Below, piece by piece: positions 50,303 through 60,062 of a stretch of DNA of 64,000 nucleotides. The translations under genes were made by a program, and so were the position numbers. The stretch covers positions 320,001 through 384,000 of the forward strand of contig JALSOH010000006.1 in the NCBI GenBank assembly GCA_026986575.1, read 5' to 3'. The stretch's first letter is position 1; every line of letters starts with the position of its first letter. Below the pieces are notes generated by a model that was given only the letters and a program-made list of their open reading frames with translations, searched no databases and was not told where the DNA came from. The DNA comes from Thermoproteota archaeon. Lineage in GTDB: Archaea > Korarchaeota > Korarchaeia > Korarchaeales > Korarchaeaceae.

Positions 50303-51210
50303 TCGCGTCCCCTCCCAATGAGCTCCCTGACTGTCATCCCCTTCCTGCTGAGGTATGACAAAAGGCCCTCACTTATCTCACTGAAGACCTCCAGCCCTTT
50401 AGTCATCACGGCGGTACCCACTCCCACGGCCTTCGCACCCGCCAGCAACATTTCGGCAGCATCCCTCCAGGTTTCAACCCCTCCAGTACCTATCACATCT
50501 CCTAAATGAGATATCTCGTACACGGCTCGGACCGCGATGGGCCTTATCGCTGGCCCGCTCAGGCCTCCCACCCTGTTGGAGAGCACCGGAGACATGGCCT
50601 CCACATCTATGTACATGGCCCTCACGGTATTGATGGCTGTGAGCCCATCGGCCCCGGCATCGATGGCCGCCTTAGCGAGGGAAGCTATGTCCGGAACCAT
50701 GGGGGTGAGCTTCACTAGAAGGGGAATCTTCACACTCCTCCTGACTTCCCTCACTAGCTCTTCAATGAGCTCTGGAGAGGAACCAATTTCCAATCCATGC
50801 TCTCTAACGTGAGGGCAAGAGGCGTTTATCTCTATCGCATCAGCCCCGGCATCTTGGAGCCTCCCAGCGACGTGAGCTACCTCCTCGGGACTCCCTCCGC
50901 CAGCGCTCGCGATGACGGGAATGGTCATGTGGGACTTGGCCTCCCTCAGCTCTCTCTCGAACTCGTCGACTCCAGGATTTGGAAGTCCCATCGCGTTAAT
51001 CAACCCGAAAGGGAGCTCGACGACCACAGGATTATTGTAACCCTTCGTAGGCTCTGGCAGGATGGTCTTGGTCGTCACGGCACCAGCACCTGCCTCTTCT
51101 GCCCTCCTGAGCAGCGAAGCTGCATTTCCCAACACGCCAGATGCGAGGACTAGAGGATTCCTCAGCTTGAGGCCGACCACCTCAGTCTCCAGCAGCCCGC
51201 TTACCTCCAC
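50296..51210 (-). CDS. pyrD: Dihydroorotate dehydrogenase, family 1
   Basis: NP.VLASG, NAMGL.NPG, EINASCPH, VKLTP, INT, GGLSG.AIRP. Confidence 0.93.
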   Translation of the reverse strand: MEVSGLLETEVVGLKLRNPLVLASGVLGNAASLLRRAEEAGAGAVTTKTILPEPTKGYNNPVVVELPFGLINAMGLPNPGVDEFERELREAKSHMTIPVIASAGGGSPEEVAHVAGRLQDAGADAIEINASCPHVREHGLEIGSSPELIEELVREVRRSVKIPLLVKLTPMVPDIASLAKAAIDAGADGLTAINTVRAMYIDVEAMSPVLSNRVGGLSGPAIRPIAVRAVYEISHLGDVIGTGGVETWRDAAEMLLAGAKAVGVGTAVMTKGLEVFSEISEGLLSYLSRKGMTVRELIGRGRDC

Positions 51211-51685
51211 CTTTATCCGACCTCTCCAGCCTGAAGAGGAGGGAGAACTTTTTAGTAGTGCGGTAAGTCCTCTTTCTGCCTTCCTTGATTTCTCTTATTA
51301 GGCCCAGCTGGATGAGCCTTCTCAAGTGGTCCCTGGCATTTCTCCCCCTGACGCGCACCACCTCGCTCAGGCTCACCGGTTCGTTGGCAGCTATCAGTGC
51401 CAGAGTCCTCATTTCAGATTTGGAGAGCAGTTTCTGTGGGAAGAGATGAGCCACGTGCTCCTCGTATTCCCTCTTGAGGACCATGATCCAACCCCCCTCG
51501 ACCCTCTCCACCCAGAACGGGTGATCCTTCAGTTCCTCGTTGATCTCCGCGATAGCCTTCTCCACGGCCGGTCCGGATAGGCCTGTCAGCCTCTTTATCT
51601 CGCCCTCCGTCATCACGTCCCCTGACGCGAAGAGAGCCGCCTCCAGTAACCTCTTCGCCCTCTCCCACGATTCAGGCCCTTTCAT
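51182..51685 (-). CDS. scpB: Segregation and condensation protein B (kite)
   Basis: LEAALFASG, LSKSEMRTLALIA..EP.S..E...VRG, YRTTKKF; follows scpA. Confidence 0.9.
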   Translation of the reverse strand: MKGPESWERAKRLLEAALFASGDVMTEGEIKRLTGLSGPAVEKAIAEINEELKDHPFWVERVEGGWIMVLKREYEEHVAHLFPQKLLSKSEMRTLALIAANEPVSLSEVVRVRGRNARDHLRRLIQLGLIREIKEGRKRTYRTTKKFSLLFRLERSDKGGGKRAAGD

Positions 51686-52196
51686 TTGACAGCACCACGT
51701 AGATCTCGTCGAAGGGCCTCTCCTGAACGAGCTCCACTTCCCCGTCCTTCTCCATGAAGAGCAACGATATGAGTGTCGGAACCAGCTCCTCTGAGGAGTT
51801 AACGAGCTCCCTTAGGGGGACCATCCTCTTACCCCTTCTCCTCAGGGAGATTATCTTCTCCTTCAACTTTTTGATTTCGCTAACCAAATCCCACTTCGTG
51901 ATCAGGGAGAGGCTAAGGGAACTGGCCATGCTTCTGATCTTTCTCTCGACCCACCTGAAGGCATCGAGTATTTCTCCCTTGATGGGATACCTCTTGGGAG
52001 TCCTCCAAGTCCTCGGCACGATCACCCCTCTCTCCAACCTTCTCGACCTGTAAATCCTCGCGGCGCTTTCCTCTGGTGGCCTGAGGTAATTCATCACATC
52101 TTCTCTGAGCTCTCTAGCAAGACGGAAGATCCTCCTGCCCGCTCTAGCTATGTCCCTTGTCTCTAGAAACTCCTTCCAGACTTCTTCTGGCCTCAT
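51672..52196 (-). CDS. scpA: Short kleisin ScpA
   Basis: C-terminal TLISLLFM.K.G.VEL.QERPFDEIYV winged helix; N-terminal DIARAGR.I..LA..LR helix; lies between smc and scpB. Confidence 0.8.
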   Translation of the reverse strand: MRPEEVWKEFLETRDIARAGRRIFRLARELREDVMNYLRPPEESAARIYRSRRLERGVIVPRTWRTPKRYPIKGEILDAFRWVERKIRSMASSLSLSLITKWDLVSEIKKLKEKIISLRRRGKRMVPLRELVNSSEELVPTLISLLFMEKDGEVELVQERPFDEIYVVLSNERA

Positions 52197-54499
52197 GAAG
52201 CAGCCTCCTTCGATACAGCCACGATCTTCGACTCACCGTTCCTCATGGTCACCCCTATCAGGTGATCGGCCTCCTCCAGCGTCTCCTTCTTCAGGGAGAT
52301 TGCTATGACTTGGGCCCTTTTCGATAGGTCCTTGAGGGCCCTAGCGTACCTCTTACAGTTCACACCGTCCAGCATGGCGTCAGCCTCATCGAACACGTAG
52401 AGGGAGGAAGGTCTGAGCTTTTGAGCCGCGAGAATGAATGCCAAGGCACTGAGAGATTTCTCTCCACCGGAAAGGGAATCTATGGTGACCGGCTTCTTGT
52501 TGGGAAGACTTACCCTCATCTCAAGTCCCTTCTCTGTGAGCTTGAGCTCCCCCCCACCTCCCTCAAAGAGCAGCTTTATCTGCTCATCGAACGCCACCGA
52601 CAGCCTCCGAAGCGTCTCTTCTATGATCCCTTCTCTTTCCCTGTCAAGTCTCTCTATGAGCTCCTCTATTTCTCTCTTCCTCTCGGCGAACTCTTGATAC
52701 TTCCCCCTGATTTCATTGAAGGCCTTCTTTCGAATCTCGTATTCCTCTTGAGCCTTGGGATTCACTGGTCCCATGAGCCTCAGCCTAGTTTGTATGGAAG
52801 CCACTTCGGAGAACGGGTCAGGGACGGAGAGCGGTTCAACCTGCGCTAACTTCATCAACTCGGATTCAAGTACCTTCATCTTCTCCTTGAGCCTCCCCTT
52901 CTCCTCGCTTATCTCCTCCAGCTTGGAGAGGTACATCTGTCTCCTGTTGAGAGCTTCTTGGTAGGCCCTCCTGAGTGTTGACACCTCCCTCCTGAGAGCC
53001 TCTAGGGCCTCCAGATTAGGATCCTCCTTAGGCAGACCCCCCAGCTCCTCCTTCTTATTAGCAGCATACTTTTTGAGGCTCTTCAACTCCTCTTCGATCT
53101 TCTTCACCTCCTCTCTCAGTTTGTTGACCCTCTCGATGTCCCTCTCCGGCTTCCCAGCTAGGAGGCTTCCCTCCCTCTCCACGATCTCCCCCTTCAGCGT
53201 CACGAATTTCGCCCTGCCAATGAGATCTCTAGTGATGGCGTCCAAGTCGTCCACGAGGATCGCGTTGAAGACCAATTTAGCGATGACCTCGAACTCCTCA
53301 TCGTATCGGAGGAAGCGGTAAAGGGGGCCCAAGGTGCCCTCTACCTCAGGTAGGTCCCTTACCCTGATGACATCCAAGGGGATTATCCTGAAACGGCCCT
53401 TGACGTTCCTCAATGCCTTAGCTATCCTCTTAGCCCCCTCCAAGTCTTTGACGACGATGTCGCCCAACCTGCCTCCCCCAACAGCCAGATAGGGGATTTC
53501 ATAGCCTTCCATGGGAGTTACCAGCTGAGACACAACGCCGAGAAAGGAGGGGTCGCTTCTGACGACCTCCGGTACATCTCTCACCCTAGCTAGAGCGTTT
53601 AAGGCGTCTCTCTGGGCCTCTAAAGCCCTCTCCAGGGTCTCTATTTGGTGAGACAGGGCCCTCAATTCCGCCTCTATCTGCTTCCTTCTCCTGACCGGGG
53701 AGTCCTTCACTAGACCTTCGATCCGCCTAAGTTCCTTCTCCCTCTCCTCGAGTTGAGTCCTCAAGGAATCTATGTCTGAGAAATCCTCCTCCATGTATGC
53801 CTTATCTAGAGATTCCAGTTTCTCTTTGACCTCTTCGAGTTGAACCATCAGCAGGTACTTCTTTACCCTTCTTAGCCTCTCCTCCAACTCGTTTCTCTCC
53901 TGAAGGGCCTTTACCTCCTTCTCGGCTCTCCTCAACTCCTTTTCCCTCTCCTTCATCAGCACCTCCATCTCTCTCAGGGACTGGTCGACCTCTCTCAGCT
54001 CTTCTAGGGCTTTTCCCTTCTTCTCATCGTACTCAGCCACTCCGCTTATCTCCTCCAGCAGCTTAGCCCTCTCCTTGGGGGACATCTCGACTATTGAAGT
54101 GATGTCCCCTTGGGTCACGAACGTGTACCTGTCGACGACGAAACCCATGTCCGCGAGCAGATCCATGACCTCCGCGGCGCTTTTCCTTCTTCCGTTCACC
54201 TTGTAGACGCTTTCCCCGTTGGGTCTAATCTCTCTACTCAAGCTTATCCTCTCGGAGGAATTCCTTATGAGGAGGCTGACCTGAGCCGCGTTAGACCCCT
54301 TCCTGACTAGGTTCTCTATCTTGGAAGCTCTTAGCCTCCTAGCTCTCCATCCCATGACGAAGGCTATGGCGTCCAATATGTTGCTTTTACCCGAGCCATT
54401 GGGACCCGTGATGGCAACTAGACCAGTGGGTAGAGGTATCGTAGCCCTTCGAAACGACTTGAAGTTGACCATGTGGATGCCGTCGACAGCTGCTTTCAT
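52193..54499 (-). CDS. smc: SMC ATPase with shortened coiled-coil arms (768 aa)
   Basis: NFKSF, GPNGSGKSN, Q-loop TQGD, hinge G-X6-G-X3-AG, LSGGEKS, FDEADA.LD. Confidence 0.92.
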   Translation of the reverse strand: MKAAVDGIHMVNFKSFRRATIPLPTGLVAITGPNGSGKSNILDAIAFVMGWRARRLRASKIENLVRKGSNAAQVSLLIRNSSERISLSREIRPNGESVYKVNGRRKSAAEVMDLLADMGFVVDRYTFVTQGDITSIVEMSPKERAKLLEEISGVAEYDEKKGKALEELREVDQSLREMEVLMKEREKELRRAEKEVKALQERNELEERLRRVKKYLLMVQLEEVKEKLESLDKAYMEEDFSDIDSLRTQLEEREKELRRIEGLVKDSPVRRRKQIEAELRALSHQIETLERALEAQRDALNALARVRDVPEVVRSDPSFLGVVSQLVTPMEGYEIPYLAVGGGRLGDIVVKDLEGAKRIAKALRNVKGRFRIIPLDVIRVRDLPEVEGTLGPLYRFLRYDEEFEVIAKLVFNAILVDDLDAITRDLIGRAKFVTLKGEIVEREGSLLAGKPERDIERVNKLREEVKKIEEELKSLKKYAANKKEELGGLPKEDPNLEALEALRREVSTLRRAYQEALNRRQMYLSKLEEISEEKGRLKEKMKVLESELMKLAQVEPLSVPDPFSEVASIQTRLRLMGPVNPKAQEEYEIRKKAFNEIRGKYQEFAERKREIEELIERLDREREGIIEETLRRLSVAFDEQIKLLFEGGGGELKLTEKGLEMRVSLPNKKPVTIDSLSGGEKSLSALAFILAAQKLRPSSLYVFDEADAMLDGVNCKRYARALKDLSKRAQVIAISLKKETLEEADHLIGVTMRNGESKIVAVSKEAAS

Positions 54500-54519
54500 T
54501 CATCAGCGTCTTATAGGCT

Positions 54520-54534
54520 AGGAATTTAACCTTT
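54520..54534 (-). promoter_or_regulatory. Candidate BRE/TATA for a leaderless smc transcript
   Basis: Minus strand AAAGGTTAAAT ~25-30 nt upstream of the smc ATG. Confidence 0.45.
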
Positions 54535-55474
54535 ACGGGGGAATCAGTGCGTATGCGACTGAGAAGGCAGAAAGGTAGGCAACTCCCGACTCAATGGAGG
54601 ATCCCAAGGGCTTGGCGGAGATTAGTGTGGAGATCAGCCCAGCTAATAGGAGGGTCAGGGGTAGTTCCGCGGGGATCTGCAACGGGTACAGCAGGGGGGA
54701 GGTGACGACCTTCATCAGGACCACGTTAGACAGACCGATGGAAGATGAGATAACTAAGGACATCGCTTTTATGGACCTCATGCGAGCTCTCCATGCCGAT
54801 GTTATGCGCTTGAACTCCCTCAACATGGTAGAGGTCCTCCTCATCACCTTAGCTAAGGTCCTCCTATCGGACATCACCCGCAGGACATTCGCCCAAGGAG
54901 GGAGCTCCAAATCATTGAGATCGATGTCCAATACGAGGGGTTCATAGAGACCGAGATGCCTCAGAGCGTAAATCCTACCACCGCCCTTCTCTAGGGTCGA
55001 TGCTATGTAGTCCGCCGCTGCCGGGTCGTCAGATATACATCCTAGGGAAAGCCCTGGGATCAATGGGTACACCAAGGCTAGGGGGATGAGGTGAAAGGGC
55101 TCTATCCTCATCCCTCCCAGGGAGAGGGCTACTGCTATCCCCACTGAGAGGGCCATCCCCAAGGTCAAGGAGAGGTACATCCATCTCTCTCGCGCTTGAG
55201 CATCTGCTTCCAAGAGCTGGGAAATGAGAGTGAGTGAGGACTTGAGCGATTCATCTTTATCCCCACCCTCCTCAATCCCAGACAGTAGAGATCCAGCCTC
55301 GCCCATTTTCTTAGCTAGCGCACTACCGGCCCTCTCGCCTTCTACGGCTACCTCCTCATAGGCCGAGATGGCCCTAAGTCCTAGGGCGGGAGAGGCGCTC
55401 CAACCTAAGACCAGCCTCTGTACTAGGTCAGCTCTCCTCAAGTAGTCCCTTAATCCTCCTATAGACCTCTTCAT
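54533..55474 (-). CDS. Polytopic membrane protein, putative divergent TadC/PilC-like platform
   Basis: Two soluble helical regions each followed by TM clusters; directly downstream of and overlapping the ATPase gene. Confidence 0.5.
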   Translation of the reverse strand: MKRSIGGLRDYLRRADLVQRLVLGWSASPALGLRAISAYEEVAVEGERAGSALAKKMGEAGSLLSGIEEGGDKDESLKSSLTLISQLLEADAQARERWMYLSLTLGMALSVGIAVALSLGGMRIEPFHLIPLALVYPLIPGLSLGCISDDPAAADYIASTLEKGGGRIYALRHLGLYEPLVLDIDLNDLELPPWANVLRVMSDRRTLAKVMRRTSTMLREFKRITSAWRARMRSIKAMSLVISSSIGLSNVVLMKVVTSPLLYPLQIPAELPLTLLLAGLISTLISAKPLGSSIESGVAYLSAFSVAYALIPP

Positions 55475-56801
55475 TGGTCTCGGCGCCCTCCAGCCTCTTC
55501 ACATGCATTAACCAATCAGTCGATGGGCTCCCTGGATCATCCCACCCTCCATCTACCCAGCGCCTCATCTCAACTACCTTCTTTTCCTCCATCCTCACCG
55601 CCAAGGTCCCCTCAGGAAGGTTCACCCCCCAAGAGGTCCATTTCTGGATAAGACCCCGATAATCCTTGGCGTGGGTGGTCGCCATCACCTTCAATCCACT
55701 GAAGGAAGTGAGATCTAGGGCTTCAGCATGCTCCCTTCCCAAAATTTCTCCCAGAAACACCAAGTCCGGATTCCTGTGGAGAAGGAACTTGATGAAATCC
55801 AGCTTGCCCGATGTTATCTCATATGGGGTGTGGTGCATCCCGTACCTAGTGAGGTCCTCTATCTCCCTCACCTCCTCGACGCTCACTATCCTCCAGTGCC
55901 TGGGAAGGCTCGCGAGCAGGGCGTTGGATAGCGTAGTCTTACCGACCCCCGTCCTGCCGAAGATCAATACCGGATCGCCTCTGCCCAGCGAGTCCAACAT
56001 GAGGGCCGCTTCATACCCGGTCAGGGATCCTAGTGAAATGAGACGGGGTAAGCTCAGCCGCGACATGGCGCTCAGATTCCTCACATCCACAGCCCCCATC
56101 GATGCTGGAGGGAAGTCTAAGGCCATCCTGAAGTGGTACTCGCCCAACGAGAGATCGACTTCGTTGAGAGGAGAGCTGAAGTCCACACCGGCGTTCACAT
56201 CAGCCTCCACGAATGTCATCAGCCTGCTTACCTCTCCTTGGTCCATCAGGTAGTTCTCCACTACTATCCTACCCAGTTCTACGTGGTCCAGATAAAGAGG
56301 ACCATTGAAGTGAGCGTATGCCTCAGTAACATCTGGCGCCATGGCTATGGCCAGAAATGGCCAAAGCTTCGTGGATCTAACTGAAGACTCCAGTGCTAAT
56401 TCCTCATCTTCCAAATCCAATTCCCTTAAGATCTCATTAGCTCTGTCCACTCTGAGCTGGAGGGACTTCCATATCAGGTCCCCTTGGGATCTGTAGTCGT
56501 GGGAGTATATTCCCTTAACCATCATGGAAAGGATTATGGAAGCCACTTGCCTACCGGTACGTGATGTTAGCGGATGAGCCACGGCTTTCTTGCCCCTAAT
56601 CTCGAGCGATCCTCCAAGGAAAGGTATATCCCAAGATATGAGCTGTCCTACGACTTCAATAGGTCTGCATTTCCTCCTGAATATCCTCTGGCGGAAACCC
56701 AGTTTCATACCGAGGGATGCTTTTAGGGCGTGCTTGCCGCACCTAGCTATGAGGATAGAGGCCAGCTCCAGTGAACGCTCCTCTCCCACTCCCGATAGCA
56801 T
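55428..56801 (-). CDS. VirB11/TadA/PilB-family secretion or pilus assembly ATPase
   Basis: Walker A GRTGVGKTT, Asp box SVEEVREI, RNPDLVFLGEI Walker B, TTHA His box. Confidence 0.88.
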   Translation of the reverse strand: MLSGVGEERSLELASILIARCGKHALKASLGMKLGFRQRIFRRKCRPIEVVGQLISWDIPFLGGSLEIRGKKAVAHPLTSRTGRQVASIILSMMVKGIYSHDYRSQGDLIWKSLQLRVDRANEILRELDLEDEELALESSVRSTKLWPFLAIAMAPDVTEAYAHFNGPLYLDHVELGRIVVENYLMDQGEVSRLMTFVEADVNAGVDFSSPLNEVDLSLGEYHFRMALDFPPASMGAVDVRNLSAMSRLSLPRLISLGSLTGYEAALMLDSLGRGDPVLIFGRTGVGKTTLSNALLASLPRHWRIVSVEEVREIEDLTRYGMHHTPYEITSGKLDFIKFLLHRNPDLVFLGEILGREHAEALDLTSFSGLKVMATTHAKDYRGLIQKWTSWGVNLPEGTLAVRMEEKKVVEMRRWVDGGWDDPGSPSTDWLMHVKRLEGAETNEEVYRRIKGLLEES

Positions 56802-57429
56802 AGGAATACCTCCTCACGAGGAGAGCTGCTAGAATGAGTCCAATCGATATGGAAAGGGAGTAAACGTTGATGTCGTGGTCTGCGAGCACACGCACCCTTA
56901 GGGGCTCTTGGGATGGGTTGTAGAGGATCAAATATGTTCTATCGCTGACGCTGTCGCACGCGACCCTTATAGGGCCATCGCTCCTGACCAGGTCTCCTCC
57001 AACTTCATCATAACCCTCTATCTCGTACAGCGTAATTTGCCCATCGGAGGATGCTGAAAGGTTCCATTCACCCCTTTCCACTGGTATTAAGGACCCGCCG
57101 TCAGAGAAGTAGTAACCCCTACTCCATACTGCGTCATAATTACTCACTATCAGCTCAAGGCTGCTCCCCCTCACTTCCAGCAATGGAAATGAGACCAACT
57201 CGTTAATGGAGCTTCCTCTCGATACCTCCCTCAATCTCATATCCCTAAGATCCACGCATAAGCTCCCATTGGCTTGAAGGATCATCGTGCTCTGGCATTT
57301 GACTATCTCATAGGTCCCGTTCTCCAACACTAGGTTCCCCACTATGCTCTCACTGGGTATTAGACTGTAGACTAGAAGAACAGCACCCAAAATCAACAAG
57401 AGGAGAGGGGGAAGTGCAACAAATCTCAA
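56743..57429 (-). CDS. Membrane protein with N- and C-terminal TM helices and a beta-rich external domain
   Basis: TTG 57429 overlaps the upstream stop (TTGA), with SD AGGAGG; hydrophobic termini. Confidence 0.65.
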   Translation of the reverse strand: MRFVALPPLLLLILGAVLLVYSLIPSESIVGNLVLENGTYEIVKCQSTMILQANGSLCVDLRDMRLREVSRGSSINELVSFPLLEVRGSSLELIVSNYDAVWSRGYYFSDGGSLIPVERGEWNLSASSDGQITLYEIEGYDEVGGDLVRSDGPIRVACDSVSDRTYLILYNPSQEPLRVRVLADHDINVYSLSISIGLILAALLVRRYSYAIGSGRGAFTGAGLYPHS

Positions 57430-60005
57430 GATATCCTCCTCCTGATTACCAGAATCCCAATTAGAGAGACAGCCATTATCGCGACCACCATCTCTACATC
57501 CCAAGATCTCGGGCGATCCCTCCTCAAAACACGACATGAAGGTCTGAAGAGTTTTATCTCGCCCCTGTTACTTCCAACATTCCCGATTACTACGTTAGAT
57601 ACGTTTCTGTGGGACGTAAGTTTAAGATGTGTACTAGTTTGATTAAACAAGCTTCCTTCCCTAGGAGCCGTGACGTTTAACTCTATCTGGCCGAACAAGG
57701 TCCCTCCTCCAGTCAAATAAGCCCATCGAACATGCCAGATGCCTTCCTCATGAACGACGAAGTGAAAGGTAGTTTTATTTCTGACTGGGACCTCCCTGAT
57801 AGTGGTGCCACTTGGATCCACGACCCATACACTCCCCCTGGCTCCGTAGGGAGTCGCGGTAACGCTCACATCGTCTCCCACCTCTGGATTGCTCGGCACA
57901 ACCGTAACGGAGAACCTCTCTTTTTGGCTCGTGGTATTTGATGTATTGTTTTCCGGTCCTGAGTTTCCCGTGTCAGTGTGAAGTTGAGATGCTTCAGGCA
58001 ATTCCTCGTGAGCTGATTCTTGGTATTTCTCGGTCCTAAATTCAACATTAGGCTTGGTATGGTCCTCAGATCGATCCTTGACGTCCTCCCCTTCTTGAAC
58101 ATCGTTAACGTCCTCCCTATTATTCCCAGAGTCCTCCTCATAGCTGCTCCCTGTTGTGGTATTCAGGGAATCGTTTGATCCATCGCCTGATCCGTTATCA
58201 TCCTCATGAGATCCACTGCCTTCATCTTGGCCCACATTCCTGACCACCAAAACCGCAGAGTCCCTAGCCACCGCCCCATCCATATCCACTGCCTCAATGG
58301 AGATCTCAATAGAATCCTTCCCCTCAGGCACTGTGAACTCGACATCCTCAGCCGAACTTGACCCGGGCAATTGAATGGCCCTCCCATCGATGTAAAGGGT
58401 CGTTCTGAGTCCCGGAGCATCATCCGAGTAAATCGCGCTAACGATTACGGTCTCCCCGGGAGATGCTTCGCTTGGATTTACGCTGACATCCACTGTGGGA
58501 GGTCTGTTCTCCAGCACCACATCCCATCTCTCGGAGGCCTCCCCAAAAGGACTAGCCACGTACGCAGATACCACATAGTCGCCAGACCTCACATCTCTTG
58601 GGACAACTACCCTGTAATCCCCGGCCCCACTTATTGAGATCCTCTCCCCCATGAAGTCCAGATAACCATTGACATCATCTCCTTGGACATATATGGTATA
58701 CTCCTCACCCCTGTGAATCGTACGGGGAATTTCCCCCGATATCGAGGGAGGTACTCCCACGGTGATACTTTCCGTTGAGGATGAAGATGCACCGTCCCTA
58801 TCGACCGCATTGGCGGTGAAAGCGAGCTCTCCAGAGAATCCTTCAGGGATCCTAAACTCGAGGGAACCTCCATTCTCATCCATATTGAACTCGTTCCTGA
58901 GCCCCTCTCCCGTCACTGTCAAACGAACGTCCGTGCCCGGAGAATCATCCTCCACCGAGACTTGAACGTTTACGGTGTCTCCGGGAATCGCCACATTCTT
59001 GTCCAATGATATCTCAACCTGAGGGGGTATATTCAAGATCTCTAAGGTCCAACTAGCGGAGTTGCTTCCATCCACATCCTCCACGGTAACCTCCATCGGG
59101 TGCTGGCCAGCGTCGATGTCCCTAGGAACCTCTATTAGGTTCTCTCCCCTTTCCAGCGCGTACTCCCTCCTGAAGGCGGTTAAGACGCCCGTCAAGGTAT
59201 CTCCGTCATTCTCGGAAACAATTACCCTGAGCACGTCCCCTCTGTAGACTTGTGTTGGTGGGGTGAAGCTTACGGAGGGTGGCTCACCTAGCACCCTCAC
59301 CGCGGAGTCCTTCCTAGACACGGCAGTGACTCCGCTATAGGATTTGGTGACGGTGAAGGTGATCTCCCTGGTACCTGAGGGCGAGTCCACAAAGTTAACA
59401 CCCACCTTCGACCTGTAGAGCCCCCTAGATACCCTTCTGAGCCTGTAGGTAGACGATCCCAGCTTGGCAGTGACGGATAACTCGCCCACACCATCGTCCA
59501 CATCGTTCAGTCCGTCCACCTCTAGGGTGATCTCGTCCCTCTTGCTGATCTCCCTAGGAGTTATGGATGGGGACCATGAGGGAGGTATGTACACGATGTA
59601 AGAGCTCCCCATATCCTTGCTGTCAGCGTCGGTGGCTCCATTAACCCTGCAGGTCACCTTTATAGCGAGGCTAGCCCGCTCTCCGGCCTTCGTGTGCACG
59701 TAAATCCTGACGCTTCCGCTCCTTGTACTCATAGAAATCGTCTTGGAAAGAACATCTATGTTGCTTCCAGAGGCCTCAACGCTTAGTTGAGTGTTCTGAG
59801 GATCGCTCGTCGTCAGATCAAACCAGAATTTTACGATGATCTCGCCCGGCTTGGTCGCTTGGGGGAGTCTACTCGGAGAGGTTCTAGTTATCTCTATACT
59901 ACAATCATCCAAAGCGAGCGCCCTTCTCTGAATCGAAACGGAGAAGACTATTAACATGAGGAGGAACGGAATCCAATTATGTCGGTTATATTGGAGCCTC
60001 ATCAC
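57426..60005 (-). CDS. Secreted Ig-like/PKD-repeat surface protein with acidic linker and C-terminal TM anchor
   Basis: Signal peptide; repeated PP.V.I....V.RG/PG...V...D.DG units; D/E/S/N-rich linker; VVAIMAVSLIGILVIRRR. Confidence 0.75.
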   Translation of the reverse strand: MMRLQYNRHNWIPFLLMLIVFSVSIQRRALALDDCSIEITRTSPSRLPQATKPGEIIVKFWFDLTTSDPQNTQLSVEASGSNIDVLSKTISMSTRSGSVRIYVHTKAGERASLAIKVTCRVNGATDADSKDMGSSYIVYIPPSWSPSITPREISKRDEITLEVDGLNDVDDGVGELSVTAKLGSSTYRLRRVSRGLYRSKVGVNFVDSPSGTREITFTVTKSYSGVTAVSRKDSAVRVLGEPPSVSFTPPTQVYRGDVLRVIVSENDGDTLTGVLTAFRREYALERGENLIEVPRDIDAGQHPMEVTVEDVDGSNSASWTLEILNIPPQVEISLDKNVAIPGDTVNVQVSVEDDSPGTDVRLTVTGEGLRNEFNMDENGGSLEFRIPEGFSGELAFTANAVDRDGASSSSTESITVGVPPSISGEIPRTIHRGEEYTIYVQGDDVNGYLDFMGERISISGAGDYRVVVPRDVRSGDYVVSAYVASPFGEASERWDVVLENRPPTVDVSVNPSEASPGETVIVSAIYSDDAPGLRTTLYIDGRAIQLPGSSSAEDVEFTVPEGKDSIEISIEAVDMDGAVARDSAVLVVRNVGQDEGSGSHEDDNGSGDGSNDSLNTTTGSSYEEDSGNNREDVNDVQEGEDVKDRSEDHTKPNVEFRTEKYQESAHEELPEASQLHTDTGNSGPENNTSNTTSQKERFSVTVVPSNPEVGDDVSVTATPYGARGSVWVVDPSGTTIREVPVRNKTTFHFVVHEEGIWHVRWAYLTGGGTLFGQIELNVTAPREGSLFNQTSTHLKLTSHRNVSNVVIGNVGSNRGEIKLFRPSCRVLRRDRPRSWDVEMVVAIMAVSLIGILVIRRRIS

Positions 60006-60062
60006 CCTAGAAGGAGCTATCTCGTAAAGGAGGGTAACAGGATCAATTGAAAGGGAAAAGTA

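Noticed and set aside
57430-57537. ORF-track N-terminal extension of 56743-57537 (similarly 8783-8866 and 37644-37712)
   Set aside because: Overlaps the upstream gene's coding end; a downstream start coupled to the stop codon or SD is more plausible
51182-60005. Idea that smc-scpAB and the VirB11 locus form one Wadjet-like or DNA-import/defence operon
   Set aside because: No JetD/MksG TOPRIM nuclease; smc has its own TATA-like element and is coupled downstream to housekeeping pyrD and tmcA; adjacency alone is insufficient
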